The notes beneath the pieces were generated by a model. It worked only from the letters and a program-made list of their open reading frames with translations, did no database searches and had not been told where the DNA came from. Shown one piece after another: positions 1 to 10,100 of a DNA stretch of 59,703 nt (position 1 is its first letter; each line of letters starts with the position of its first letter). This DNA is from a virus. Its lineage: Duplodnaviria; Caudoviricetes. The stretch is taken from IMG/VR virus record IMGVR_UViG_3300036770_004625, positions 1 to 59,703 of that record, one strand, 5' to 3'. The position numbers and the translations under genes were made by a program.

Positions 1-129
1 CGAAATCGACTGCAGTCCCGAGCTCCTTGGACCCCTACACGGTGACTCCGAGCACCCAAAAGGTAGACACGCGCGCGCGTGGGAGGCAGATTTCGCTCAA
101 GATTGAAAGCGACGAAACGGATACGTTCT
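1..129. repeat. Terminal direct repeat, left copy (circular assembly overlap)
   Basis: 1-129 matches 59575-59703 except position 3 (A) vs 59577 (C); implies a unit genome of about 59,574 bp. Confidence 0.97.
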
Positions 130-179
130 GGCGCTACGGCACGCTACGGGTAGATATTCAGCCTGACGGGTTGCGATGA
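1..179 (+). CDS. 3' end of the tail nozzle/tubular-B-like gene that starts at 57888 and wraps the join
   Basis: Frame from 57888 continues through the repeat to ...[19 protein letters not shown], stop TGA 177-179, which overlaps the next ATG at 176. Confidence 0.85.
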   Translation, partial: KSTAVPSSLDPYTVTPSTQKVDTRARGRQISLKIESDETDTFWRYGTLRVDIQPDGLR

Positions 180-1132
180 GCAAGATATTCAACGTCCGAC
201 TGCCTAATGCTGCACCTGCACAATACAGCCCGCAGCAGTTTGACCAGCTGGTACGGTCGCTAGAGCAGATTGTTCTGCAGCTCAACAGTAGTTACACGTC
301 AATCCCGGATCAAAATGCTTCTGGGGCAGCGGCATGGTTTGGCTCTGGTGGAGGCGCGGCTGGAGGTGGTTTTGCTGGATCCGTGCGAGGGTTTCAGCCG
401 AGCACAGGCATTTTACTGCCCTATGCCATGCTGATGTCGGATGAAGACCAGGAAAATGTGGGCACTACGTCCGAGAACATTGTCACTTTTGATGCCCCTA
501 TTTTTGAGTATGGGATCAAAGTGGCTAGCCATACGGCGGTGTTTACCGGTGAGATTGACGACGGCGCTGGTTCTGCTGGCACAGTTTTGGACGTCACGGC
601 AGTTACTTCTGGCACGATTCTCACCGGCATGGAGCTCTCAGGAACCGGTATTACCGCTGGAACCCGTGTAATCGCCCAGGTCAGTGGAACGACAGGCGGG
701 GTCGGTGTATACACTGTAGACACGTCTCAGCTTGCTGCAAGCACCACGATCAACGGATCACGGGCCTCGAAGATCGTCTTTGATTACCCAGGTCAGTACC
801 TGATCAATATGCGTTTTCAGGTGTCTAATCAGGACAATGCCACTGGGGAGTTTGAGATTTGGGCCAAGAACGCTGGCACGAATTATGCCCTGAGCAACAC
901 TCGGTTTGATTTAGCAGCAAGGAAAAGCGGCAGCATTTGGTCGCACATTGTCCCCTCCATTACGGGCATTTTTACGGTCAACGACCCCACCACGGAGTAC
1001 CTTGAGATGGCCTGGTGGTCAGACCGAGCGGGGGCCTATTTAGAGCACTATGCTGCTGGGACTAGCCCCACACGGCCTGAAATTCCTTCTGTTATTTTGA
1101 CGGCGGTGTTTGTTTCTGCGGAGATGTACTAA
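176..1132 (+). CDS. Virion structural/tail-associated protein (318 aa)
   Basis: ATGA-coupled to the nozzle gene; N-terminal helix, Gly linker, then Thr/Gly-rich beta domains. Confidence 0.6.
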   Translation: MSKIFNVRLPNAAPAQYSPQQFDQLVRSLEQIVLQLNSSYTSIPDQNASGAAAWFGSGGGAAGGGFAGSVRGFQPSTGILLPYAMLMSDEDQENVGTTSENIVTFDAPIFEYGIKVASHTAVFTGEIDDGAGSAGTVLDVTAVTSGTILTGMELSGTGITAGTRVIAQVSGTTGGVGVYTVDTSQLAASTTINGSRASKIVFDYPGQYLINMRFQVSNQDNATGEFEIWAKNAGTNYALSNTRFDLAARKSGSIWSHIVPSITGIFTVNDPTTEYLEMAWWSDRAGAYLEHYAAGTSPTRPEIPSVILTAVFVSAEMY

Positions 1133-1461
1133 TGGCCAATAAATATTTTCGTCAATATCACGAATCTGTGGCTACGGTGGAACACACCCTGTACACGGTG
1201 CCTGCGGCCAACTCGGCCATCGTCAATTCCCTGCGGGTGACCAATGCCAACTCGACGGATGCCACGATTGATGTGACGGTCTACCCCCTGGGCGGGACCG
1301 CACATAAGGTTCTGCGGGATTCGTTCTTGCCTGTCAACGGGACCATGGACGTATTTAGTGGGATTCCGCTGGTTTTGGAGGCTACGGACGAGATTGCCGT
1401 GACGGCCTCTGAGGACGATGTGGTCTTCTACTTATCGTACCTAGAGATAGACAGGAACTAG
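1132..1461 (+). CDS. Small beta-rich virion protein (109 aa)
   Basis: TAATG coupling; MAN.Y...LYTVP...S.LEI pattern typical of podovirus tail-module proteins. Confidence 0.6.
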   Translation: MANKYFRQYHESVATVEHTLYTVPAANSAIVNSLRVTNANSTDATIDVTVYPLGGTAHKVLRDSFLPVNGTMDVFSGIPLVLEATDEIAVTASEDDVVFYLSYLEIDRN

Positions 1462-1549
1462 TGATTTACAGCATAATATTGCCCATATTCGCGTCCTTTC
1501 CCGACGCGCGGGCGAAGTCGGCCCACCGGCAAACTTGGAAAGGATAGCA

Positions 1550-3844
1550 ATGGAAGAGCAAGGAATTATGTCTCTGGGGGGCATGGGAGCACCGGCTCCT
1601 GCCCCAGTCAATCAGCCCTCACCTTTTGATCCCGCTGCCTCGGCTGCGTTTGAGTCTGCTCGTCAGCAAATCGACCCCAGGGAATTTGGCAGTGAGCTGC
1701 TGACAGCGGCAGAAGAAACCGATCCTGCTGCGGTGCAAGAATTTAAGAATGCATTGCAAAGCATGCAACTGCCTCCCGAGGTGATTGACGCTCTTGGTCA
1801 GATGGTGGATGCTATTTTGGCCGAGCCGCAGAACTACCAAGAAATCAGGGCTGAATTCATTCAAGAGGGCGTCCCAGAAGAGCTTTTGCCTCTTGAGTTT
1901 GATGCCGCTTATTTTGGTGCTTTGAACATGGCTCTGGATCAGATGTCCGGTTCAACACAGCCCATGCCTGTTCAAGGTTTTGCCAATGGCGGAATCGTTA
2001 CTCTTAATCCCATCGCTCAGATTTTGGCCGATCAAGGCCGAAACGGCGACCGGATGTTGGCTCACATTACTCCCTCTGAGGCACGAATGCTTCGTCGCAG
2101 GGGCGGTTCTGGAACAATCAACCCCGTCACTGGACTGCCTGAGTTTTTCCTTAAGTCTGTTGCAAAGGCCGTGGGCGGAGTGTTTAAAGGAGCTGCCAAG
2201 GCGGTAGGAAGTGTGGTCAAAGGCGTAGCTGGGGCCGTGAAGAAATTCGCAAGCTCCACGGTCGGCAAGGTCGTTACCGCTGTTGCATTGGGCTTTTTCC
2301 TTGGCCCAGCGGCAGCTAGTGCGTTGGGAGTTACTTCTGCCGCAGGTGTGGCTGCGGTGAGCGGCTTTGTTGGTGGCTTTGGCTCAAGTCTCTTGGCTGG
2401 GCAAAGCTTAAGCGCTGCCCTTAAATCGGGCGCTTTTAGCGGTGTGTTTGCTGGCGCAACGGCTGGTGTCACCGGCGGCATGGGAGCATTTGAATCCGGC
2501 TCTTACGCCGGTCCTACAACCATCTCCGGCCAGTGGAATCGGGCTGTTGAGTCTGGTAAGTCCTTGCTCGGAATGCCTTCTGCGCAGCCAGAGGTTACTG
2601 GGACCCTTCAATACACAGGTGATGGACAAGTTCTTCCCGGCTCTGCTGCCCCTTCAGTCCCATCCATTGAAGAGCAAACCGCAGCAATGTTTGACCAGCG
2701 TCTTGCCAGTGGAGCGCCTTTCCCAGGTGAGGGCGCTATTGTGCCGTCTGCTGCTACTGTTTCCCCTCTGGAAACTCAGAGCGCAGCAATGTTCGATCAG
2801 CGTCTTGCCAGTGGAGCGCCTTTCCCAGGGGAAGCGGCCGCTGGAGTTCCTCCGATCGAAGCGCAAAGCGCTCGTCTATTTGATCAGCGTCTTGCCAGTG
2901 GAGCGCCTTTCCCAGGGGAAGCGGCCGCTGGAGTTCCTCCGATCGAAGCGCAAAGCGCAGCAATGTTCGATCAGCGTTTGGCCACGGGCAATGCATTTCC
3001 TGGAGAAGAACTGGGTGGCGGACTTCGCTTGCCGGGAACTCAAACTTCTCCCTCATTGATGGCTCCTCGAGGAGAGGGCATCACATCATTGACGAGCCCT
3101 TCTGCTACAGGCACCGCAGGCTTTCAACAAGCCCCGTCGGCCATGGACCTCTTCAAGCAGGGCGAGTATGTACAAGGGGCCAAGGAGCTTTTCTCTCCGA
3201 CCTCTTATACGGATCAGCAATTAATAAATAGTCCCGTTTTTCAATCCGCTAGGGGAGCTGGTGCAAGTTATTCGGAAGCGATGAAGGCTGCATCAAACGC
3301 ATACAACCCAAGTTTCATACGTTCATATGGCCCGACTGTTGCTGCAGGAACCGCCGTCCTTGGCGGAATAGGCGGCTTTGGTCCGCAAGAGCAGCCTGCT
3401 CCTGGGATCGTGCCACAAGAAACAGGATTTGATCTTTTGGCCAGAAGCCCAGAGATTTATGGCACCACTCCTGGGGGCGCCAATATTCAATATGGCACTC
3501 CCCAATATATGGGATATGGCCTGCCAACAAGGCAGTTTTCTCCGATGCAATATGCGCTTACTCCGGTTCGCTACCCATCTTTCCAATACAGTCAACAAAG
3601 ACCAATGTTTGCTGCAGAAGGCGGCATTGCTTCTTTGAAGAAAGGCGGAACGCCCAAGTTTCCTCGCAAAAATGGGGCAATCAACGGACCGGGAACGGGA
3701 ACTTCGGATGACATCCCGGCGATGCTCTCTGATGGTGAGTTTGTCTTTACCGCCAAAGCTGTTCGAGGGCTTGGAAATGGCTCGAGAAGAGAAGGCGCCA
3801 GAAGGATGTATGCGATGATGAAAGCACTTGAAGGGAAAGCATAA
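1550..3844 (+). CDS. Internal virion/ejection protein with hydrophobic Gly/Ala segment and tandem repeats
   Basis: ATG 1550 after GGAAAGGA; LAHITP..GGSGTINPVTGLPEFF and GPGTGTSDDIPAMLSDGEFV motifs; membrane-like segment VALGFFLGPAAASALG. Confidence 0.7.
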   Translation: MEEQGIMSLGGMGAPAPAPVNQPSPFDPAASAAFESARQQIDPREFGSELLTAAEETDPAAVQEFKNALQSMQLPPEVIDALGQMVDAILAEPQNYQEIRAEFIQEGVPEELLPLEFDAAYFGALNMALDQMSGSTQPMPVQGFANGGIVTLNPIAQILADQGRNGDRMLAHITPSEARMLRRRGGSGTINPVTGLPEFFLKSVAKAVGGVFKGAAKAVGSVVKGVAGAVKKFASSTVGKVVTAVALGFFLGPAAASALGVTSAAGVAAVSGFVGGFGSSLLAGQSLSAALKSGAFSGVFAGATAGVTGGMGAFESGSYAGPTTISGQWNRAVESGKSLLGMPSAQPEVTGTLQYTGDGQVLPGSAAPSVPSIEEQTAAMFDQRLASGAPFPGEGAIVPSAATVSPLETQSAAMFDQRLASGAPFPGEAAAGVPPIEAQSARLFDQRLASGAPFPGEAAAGVPPIEAQSAAMFDQRLATGNAFPGEELGGGLRLPGTQTSPSLMAPRGEGITSLTSPSATGTAGFQQAPSAMDLFKQGEYVQGAKELFSPTSYTDQQLINSPVFQSARGAGASYSEAMKAASNAYNPSFIRSYGPTVAAGTAVLGGIGGFGPQEQPAPGIVPQETGFDLLARSPEIYGTTPGGANIQYGTPQYMGYGLPTRQFSPMQYALTPVRYPSFQYSQQRPMFAAEGGIASLKKGGTPKFPRKNGAINGPGTGTSDDIPAMLSDGEFVFTAKAVRGLGNGSRREGARRMYAMMKALEGKA
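2681..3007 (+). repeat. Intragenic tandem repeat, four copies of FDQRLA(S/T)G(AP/NA)FPGE
   Basis: GA(C/T)CAGCGT core at 2693, 2795, 2882 and 2969; spacings 102, 87 and 87 bp. Confidence 0.95.
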
Positions 3845-4728
3845 TGGCTGAAGTCACCGAACAGATAGTCCGCGAAGCGCCGCAGATCGAGGCCTATAAG
3901 CTAGGCCTACTTGAAGCCGCTAAAAAGCTCTCCGAGCAACAACTTCCCCTGCCCGCTTATCAGGTAGCAGGGATGACGGACCTGCAAAAGCAGGCCGCTC
4001 AACTAGGCTCACAGGGCATTGGTGCATATCAGCCATTTTTGCAAGCAGGACAAAAAGCAGTAGAGGCAGGGATCACCTCGACTGGGCAGGCTATTGGAGC
4101 GCCGACCACGGCTCAGTTGCAGCAATACCAAAATCCCTACCAAGAACTTGTCACTCAGCAAGCTCTAGCCGAGATGCGTCGTCAGGCAGACATTGCTCGT
4201 CAAGGGCAGGCCGCTCAGGCTGTTCGAGCTGGTGCTTTTGGTGGCACTCGTGAAGGCGTTCAACGGGCAGAAACAGAGCGTGGCCTGCAGGACATCATGA
4301 GCCAACGAATTGCTCAGGATCTTGCGCAAAATTACGCACAAGCGCAGAACCTTTTTGGCCAACAACAAGGCCGAGCCTTGCAGGCCGGACAACTTTTTGG
4401 TCAGCTGGGTGTGCAACAAGCCGCTTTGGGCCAGAGTGCTCAACAGCTTGGCCTTCAAGATGTGCAGACACTAAGCACTCTTGGGCAGCAAGAACAAGCG
4501 CTTGCTCAACAGCAGCTCGAAGCGCAACGTGCGACACAACTGCAACAAGCGCTTACGCCATATCAACAGATATCCTTCTTGTCGGACATATACAAAGGTG
4601 CCCCTGGTACACAGGTTGCACTGACTGCACAAACTGCTCCACAGGCAAGTCCTCTGATGCAAGTAGCGGGGCTGGGGATTGCTGGCTTGAGTGCTGCGGC
4701 CGGAGCGAAAAAAGCAGGGCTATTTTAA
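3844..4728 (+). CDS. Gln/Ala-rich ejection (DNA pilot-like) protein
   Basis: YQNPYQ..V, AGAFGGTREGV motif, Q-rich coiled coil, hydrophobic C-terminus; sits in the ejection-protein cluster. Confidence 0.7.
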   Translation: MAEVTEQIVREAPQIEAYKLGLLEAAKKLSEQQLPLPAYQVAGMTDLQKQAAQLGSQGIGAYQPFLQAGQKAVEAGITSTGQAIGAPTTAQLQQYQNPYQELVTQQALAEMRRQADIARQGQAAQAVRAGAFGGTREGVQRAETERGLQDIMSQRIAQDLAQNYAQAQNLFGQQQGRALQAGQLFGQLGVQQAALGQSAQQLGLQDVQTLSTLGQQEQALAQQQLEAQRATQLQQALTPYQQISFLSDIYKGAPGTQVALTAQTAPQASPLMQVAGLGIAGLSAAAGAKKAGLF

Positions 4729-4740
4729 TAGGGTGGATAA

Positions 4741-7137
4741 ATGAACAATCCTGTCATGCAACGACAGATGTTCATGGCAATCGGTACGCCTTCCAGAAAG
4801 CCAGAAGAAGGAATTGTTTCTGGGATGGAAAGTGTAGAGGGCTATGAAGATCGTACTCCGGACAACTTAGAGATCATCGCCAACAACTTGCGTGGCGATA
4901 TTCGCTCCTTGGATGAGCGGTATCTTGAGCTTGCGGGTATGGTCGGTGAAGCGGCGTTCGAGACACCTGAAGAAGTTTTGGCATTGATGCAGTCTCAGCT
5001 TCAACAGCAAGGTGCTCCTGCAGCTGCGGCTCCTCCCCCGCCTCCTGCTGCTTCTCCAAAAATGGGTGGCATTGAAGCGCTCATGGCAGGGAACGCTCCT
5101 CAGCAAGGTGCTCCTCAGGGGATGCCTATGCCAGAGCAGGGCATGCCCAACCAAGGCATGCCTCCCGGTCCTGGTGGTATCGAGGGCCTTGTTGCACCGC
5201 CCACGGAACAAGCGCCAGTGATGCGGCAAGCCGGATCACCGCCCACGGGTGAGGTTTCTCGGAACATGCGAATTAATTTGCCTCCTTCTGCGTATCCAAG
5301 TTACTTAGAGGCGATGCGTAGCTATGGGCGAGCAGCTCCTACTTCTGTTCCTTCGGGAAACATTTACACACAGAGCATTTTGGACCTGTTAAAGACTGAG
5401 GCGCCAACGTCTCGTTCTGGCAGGCCCATCCCATTTGTAGACAAGAGGGGTCGCATGTACCAGCCTGTTGGTGGCACTGATCCTCGCATGGCGAGCCGTG
5501 GCACTCCGTTCTTGCCTCAATCATCGTATGGCCCACAGATGCTGAGGATGCTTGGTCCTTTAGGGTACACGGCAGGTGTCGGATATCTTGGCACAGAAGC
5601 TTTAATGGCCACAGACAAGAGTGCTGGTGAAACCACTGGTGATTCGTTTGGTCTGGAGTTTGGCAGCAGTGTGGCGGAAACTCCGGGGTATCGGTATTTG
5701 CCTGGAGTTGAGCCAACTCCAGTTCCTGCCCCAATTAGTCAACAACCCAGTGGGCTTGCAGAGAAGATTCCTGTAGCGCCCAGCGCTCCTGTGCCCCTTC
5801 CAAGTCGTGAATCGGACGCAGCGGATGCTGTTGCAATTGCGCCAGGAGTTGTTCCGTCCGCAAAAGACGAGGAGGAAGAAGTTACCGAAGCAGGCGTAAA
5901 AGGTACTCTTCCCGCTCCTCCCAAGCCAACAGAGCGTGGACTCAAAGAGCGTACCGAAGAGCGTTACAGAATTTATCGAGACCTGCTTGGCGATGACAAG
6001 AACATGCGTCAGGCGCAGGCGTTGTTTCTTTTGGCAGAAGCTGCTCTTAATGTGGGCGGTGCCAAGAGCAAACAACGTGGTGTTTCTGGCACCTTAGAGC
6101 GTTTGACCACGGGCCTTAAGGGATTGCCTGCGGGCTTGGCCGCTCTTGGCGCCGAAACTTCTCGTGAAGACAAAGCACTTAAAACTGCTGCCATTAGTGC
6201 AGTTGAGCAAGAGATGGCAGCTGAAGCCAAAGAGCGTGGCCTTCTTCAAAGAGAAAGCCTCAAGCTCTTGGCTAAGTCTGCGCCGATTAACGACTTGGCT
6301 GCATCCTTTAAAGGCCGTTATCCAGGATACGACGATGGGTTTTATGTTCGCATGGCCAAGGACTATAAGTCTGGCTTGATCAAAGAACTGCCGGATACGA
6401 GCGAGCTGTATGACGTCGCCTCTGGCAAGGTCTTGTTAAGCCCGTTAAATCCAAATGACAAAGAACGAGTCGGATACCTTGATCCCACTATGCCGTTTAC
6501 TTCGACAAGCGATAAGAGACTTTCGAGAGCAACGAACAAGCAGCGGCCTGAGCTGATCGATCGGATCTCGAACAACGAATCTCTGGTCCAGGATATTGAG
6601 AACTTCTACAAAGACATCATGGACAAGAACTTCATTGGTGTCGTGCCTTCGATCCAAAGCGGCCTGACCAACATCACATTGCCGTTTTTTGGTGAAAACC
6701 CATTCTCAAACGTTCCGTTGCAGCAACAGAGAAATGCTGGCCTGCAGATGAACCAGCGTTTGCGTGAGATGGCCATGGCGTATCGGGGTCGTCCATCGAA
6801 CTGGTCCGAGGAGCAAGTCAATAAGTACTTGGTCGATCCTCAGGCGATCTTCAAAGACAAGTCACAGTTCTTTGCCGTGCTTGAGAACTTCCGTCAGGGT
6901 GCGATCAACGAAATCAACAGGGACTACCACCGTCTGTTCCCGGAGCAAGTGCCTTTGCGTCAGCTCTCGCAAGTTCCGTTGGGCGACAAGAAGTCTCCGC
7001 TCGAGTCCAAGGATCTCAAATACATGGGAGAGATGTTCCGAGTCAATCCCAACCGTGAGGTTTACGTTAAACTACCTGATGGCACTTCTGAGAGAGTTAC
7101 TGCTGAAAGCTTTCGCACTATGACTGGACAGCAATGA
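4741..7137 (+). CDS. Internal virion/ejection protein (798 aa)
   Basis: Long ORF with a Pro/Gln-rich N-half and helical C-half; gene context. Confidence 0.6.
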   Translation: MNNPVMQRQMFMAIGTPSRKPEEGIVSGMESVEGYEDRTPDNLEIIANNLRGDIRSLDERYLELAGMVGEAAFETPEEVLALMQSQLQQQGAPAAAAPPPPPAASPKMGGIEALMAGNAPQQGAPQGMPMPEQGMPNQGMPPGPGGIEGLVAPPTEQAPVMRQAGSPPTGEVSRNMRINLPPSAYPSYLEAMRSYGRAAPTSVPSGNIYTQSILDLLKTEAPTSRSGRPIPFVDKRGRMYQPVGGTDPRMASRGTPFLPQSSYGPQMLRMLGPLGYTAGVGYLGTEALMATDKSAGETTGDSFGLEFGSSVAETPGYRYLPGVEPTPVPAPISQQPSGLAEKIPVAPSAPVPLPSRESDAADAVAIAPGVVPSAKDEEEEVTEAGVKGTLPAPPKPTERGLKERTEERYRIYRDLLGDDKNMRQAQALFLLAEAALNVGGAKSKQRGVSGTLERLTTGLKGLPAGLAALGAETSREDKALKTAAISAVEQEMAAEAKERGLLQRESLKLLAKSAPINDLAASFKGRYPGYDDGFYVRMAKDYKSGLIKELPDTSELYDVASGKVLLSPLNPNDKERVGYLDPTMPFTSTSDKRLSRATNKQRPELIDRISNNESLVQDIENFYKDIMDKNFIGVVPSIQSGLTNITLPFFGENPFSNVPLQQQRNAGLQMNQRLREMAMAYRGRPSNWSEEQVNKYLVDPQAIFKDKSQFFAVLENFRQGAINEINRDYHRLFPEQVPLRQLSQVPLGDKKSPLESKDLKYMGEMFRVNPNREVYVKLPDGTSERVTAESFRTMTGQQ

Positions 7138-10100
7138 ACATCATTACTCTTCCCAGTGGAAAACAGGTAAACGTTGACACCGGAGAACTTGTAGGCGCCA
7201 CACAAGCTGCCCCAGTTCCTGCGGGACAATTGACTCAAACTGGGAGAGTAGACATTGAAGGCAAAGGTGCGGCCAGGACTGCCGTCGATGCCTTGCAGCA
7301 ATTCAGTGCGGGCTTCAATACCATGTTGTTTTCGTTGCCCGATGCAACGATCCGTGCCGTGGCCAAGGCTGCAAATGTAAAAGACGACGAGATTCCTCAG
7401 TTCGTTAATTACTTCAACCGTGGGCAGACTGCTCCGACAAATTCTCTTGAGCGTTTTGCCTATGCGATCGGCGCAGGAGCAGGATCTGCTCTACCGTTTA
7501 CTGGCCTTCTTGGTGCGGTAGCCAGGACGAACGTTCTTCGTTCTGCTTTGCCTGCAGATGCTGGCGTAGCCAGACGTGTTGCGAAGGACATGCTCGACTT
7601 CACACGGGCCAATCCTGCCGGTGCAGTTGCCATGGACCTTGGGTTTGGTGGCGCTTATGGTGGTCTTGAGCAATCTGTGGAAGAGTTTGCAGATCCAGGC
7701 GAGGCAAAGGACTTCTTGAAAGCGACTGTCCCGTTTGCTGGAACAGTGGCTATTCCTTTGGCCGCTTCAAAAATAATCAGCCTTGCAAGCAGTCTGCCCT
7801 CCGTGCAGGCAGCAAAAGGCGTCGCAGGTGTTGGCCAGCAGATGTTCGGTGGTCAGACAGCCGAGGGCTTTGCTGCTGAGATTGGGCGTGAGCGGGCCTT
7901 GAACATCCCGTTCTTGCGTAGTGTAACTAATTACGCGGGGCGTAAATACGCTGAAAAAGCAGAGCGTGATGTGGAAAAAGTACTGGCTCCTTTGGTGGAA
8001 TCGCCTGGAAAAGCCATGGCTCCTGGAGTCAGAGAAGCGCTTCAGGTTACAGACGCTATTGAGAACGATCCACGGCTCAAGGAACTGTTCTTATTTGATG
8101 CCGGTGAGCAGAGTCTGTATGCCCCGTTGATCGTCGCACGGAACAAGATGTTCCGAGAGCTTGCTGGTGATCTTCTGGCAGATGCGCAGGTTCGGTATCA
8201 AAAGAACCGGGAAGGGTTCTTAACTGCCTTTGATCGCTTTGCTCCGAATGCAGAGATGAATTTGGACAAGGCCTTGCAGCTTACTTATGCGGATCAGACT
8301 CGCACGGTCAACAATGCGCTCAAGCAATTGACTGATTTGCAAGAGGGCGAAGCAGCTCGGGTGATGGACAACTTTGTCCCTCAGAATTTGGATGAGATTG
8401 GCGAGAGCTTGCGCAGTGGTGTGTTAGCTCAGATGAGCGCCAAGTTCCAGAGTCTTCGCCGTGCTGCTGAAAACATTGGTGCGCGAGAAGGGTTTGATGT
8501 GGAAGGAGTCAAGATTCCTACCATTCAAGAGGGTGCGCCCATTTATCCGCTTGGCATCAGCGCTGCAGACTACGAAAACTTTGGGCGCTCTTTGGTCAAC
8601 CGTTACAGGATGACAAAAGAAGATCGGATGTTCCCGGATGGAACACCGCATCCCGTGCAGTTGATGCAAAACCAATTGCGTCGTCTTGAGGACGCTAGGA
8701 ATAAAGCGGCCGCCGAGTACATTCCTGACATTGTTCGGCAAAAAATTATGGAGGACCCTGACGGTCCAAAAGTTCTTCGGATGATGCAGGAAAGCGAGGT
8801 AAAAAATTATCTCGACAAGGCTACTCAATTCGTATTAACGGGGAAAATGCCTCGTTCTACAACACCTCCCAGGCGCGGGACGGTGCAGCTTCAGGCGATT
8901 ACGGGAGGTGATACGCCTCCGTTTACCAAAGATCAAGTGGAACAAATTAGAGACGAAGCAAGAAAGATGGCGATGAAGGACGTCAGCACATCGATGACCT
9001 TCCCAGATGCTTTGGATCTTTTGGATGCTGCTCAGACCTACCGCAACATTTCCATCCACCAGTACAACCGACTCTTGGGCCTTGGTACTCCTCGCAATCA
9101 AGCCAACCAAACGCTCGATCGTGGGAACGCACTTCTGCGTGATGTGGAGAACTTCATCTTCACAAACTTTAAGGGGGTGCGTGGCGATCAAGGCAAGGCA
9201 CTTCGCAATTGGATGGACGAGTACAAAGCCGTCTACACCGACGGCTACGAAAAGGCCTTCCCACTTCTGATCTCGAAGCGCGATCCACGGGGCAATTTCT
9301 ATACAGGCAACGAAGAGCTGGTCAACAAAGCCTTCTCTTCTGCTCAAAATATTCGCGACTTGAACGCTATCTTTGGCCAGGACCCCGCCTACATGCGGAC
9401 CATGACCAATGTCCTTTTGGATAAGGCTCGCGTTGCGCCAGGAGTGATTAAAGACGGAATTATCGACCCCGAAGCATTCCAAAAGTTCTTGAGCTCAAAG
9501 AACATTAAGTCTGTCTACGATGCAATGCCAGATCAAGTCAAAGCAAATGTCTCTGATGAGATGAAGATCGGCATTGACATGGCACGTCGGGTCAAGGAAA
9601 TGCAAGACCGGGTTGATCTTGCCCGTGACGATGAGCTCATGGCCATCCTTAAGAAATCAGTGCGCCCGGACGCCGATCCAAATGCTCTAGTTCAGCAGGC
9701 CATTACCGATCCGGCTGTCATGCGCAAGCTCGTCAATGCCGTTGGGGCAGAGCCTCCTCCCGGAGTTGGGCCCACGGCCACCGGGACTCAACGCAAAGAA
9801 GCCCTGCAGAGGCAGGTTTGGGACACAGTCCGCAACAAGTTGATGGACCAAAGCGATCCGTTGTTCTTGCAGGATTTCCTGACCCGTCACAGCAAATCAC
9901 TGAACATTCTCTATGACAAACAGCACCTCGACGATCTACAAAAGCTTGCTGAGATACAGCGTCGAGTATTTGCGGGTGAGGCGCCAGTTGGCACGATCAG
10001 CCCGTTCACGACCCTGGATGAGGCGCTAAGAGAGAAGATTGGTGCAGGCATTGGAACGATTGAAGCCACCGCCCGTGCGGCGATGATTCGTCAGATCAGC

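Noticed and set aside
1488-1510. CGCGTC/GACGCG hairpin resembling CGCGGA/TCCGCG at about 38747-38763, both before an RBS
   Set aside because: Only 6-bp stems and two instances; could be chance
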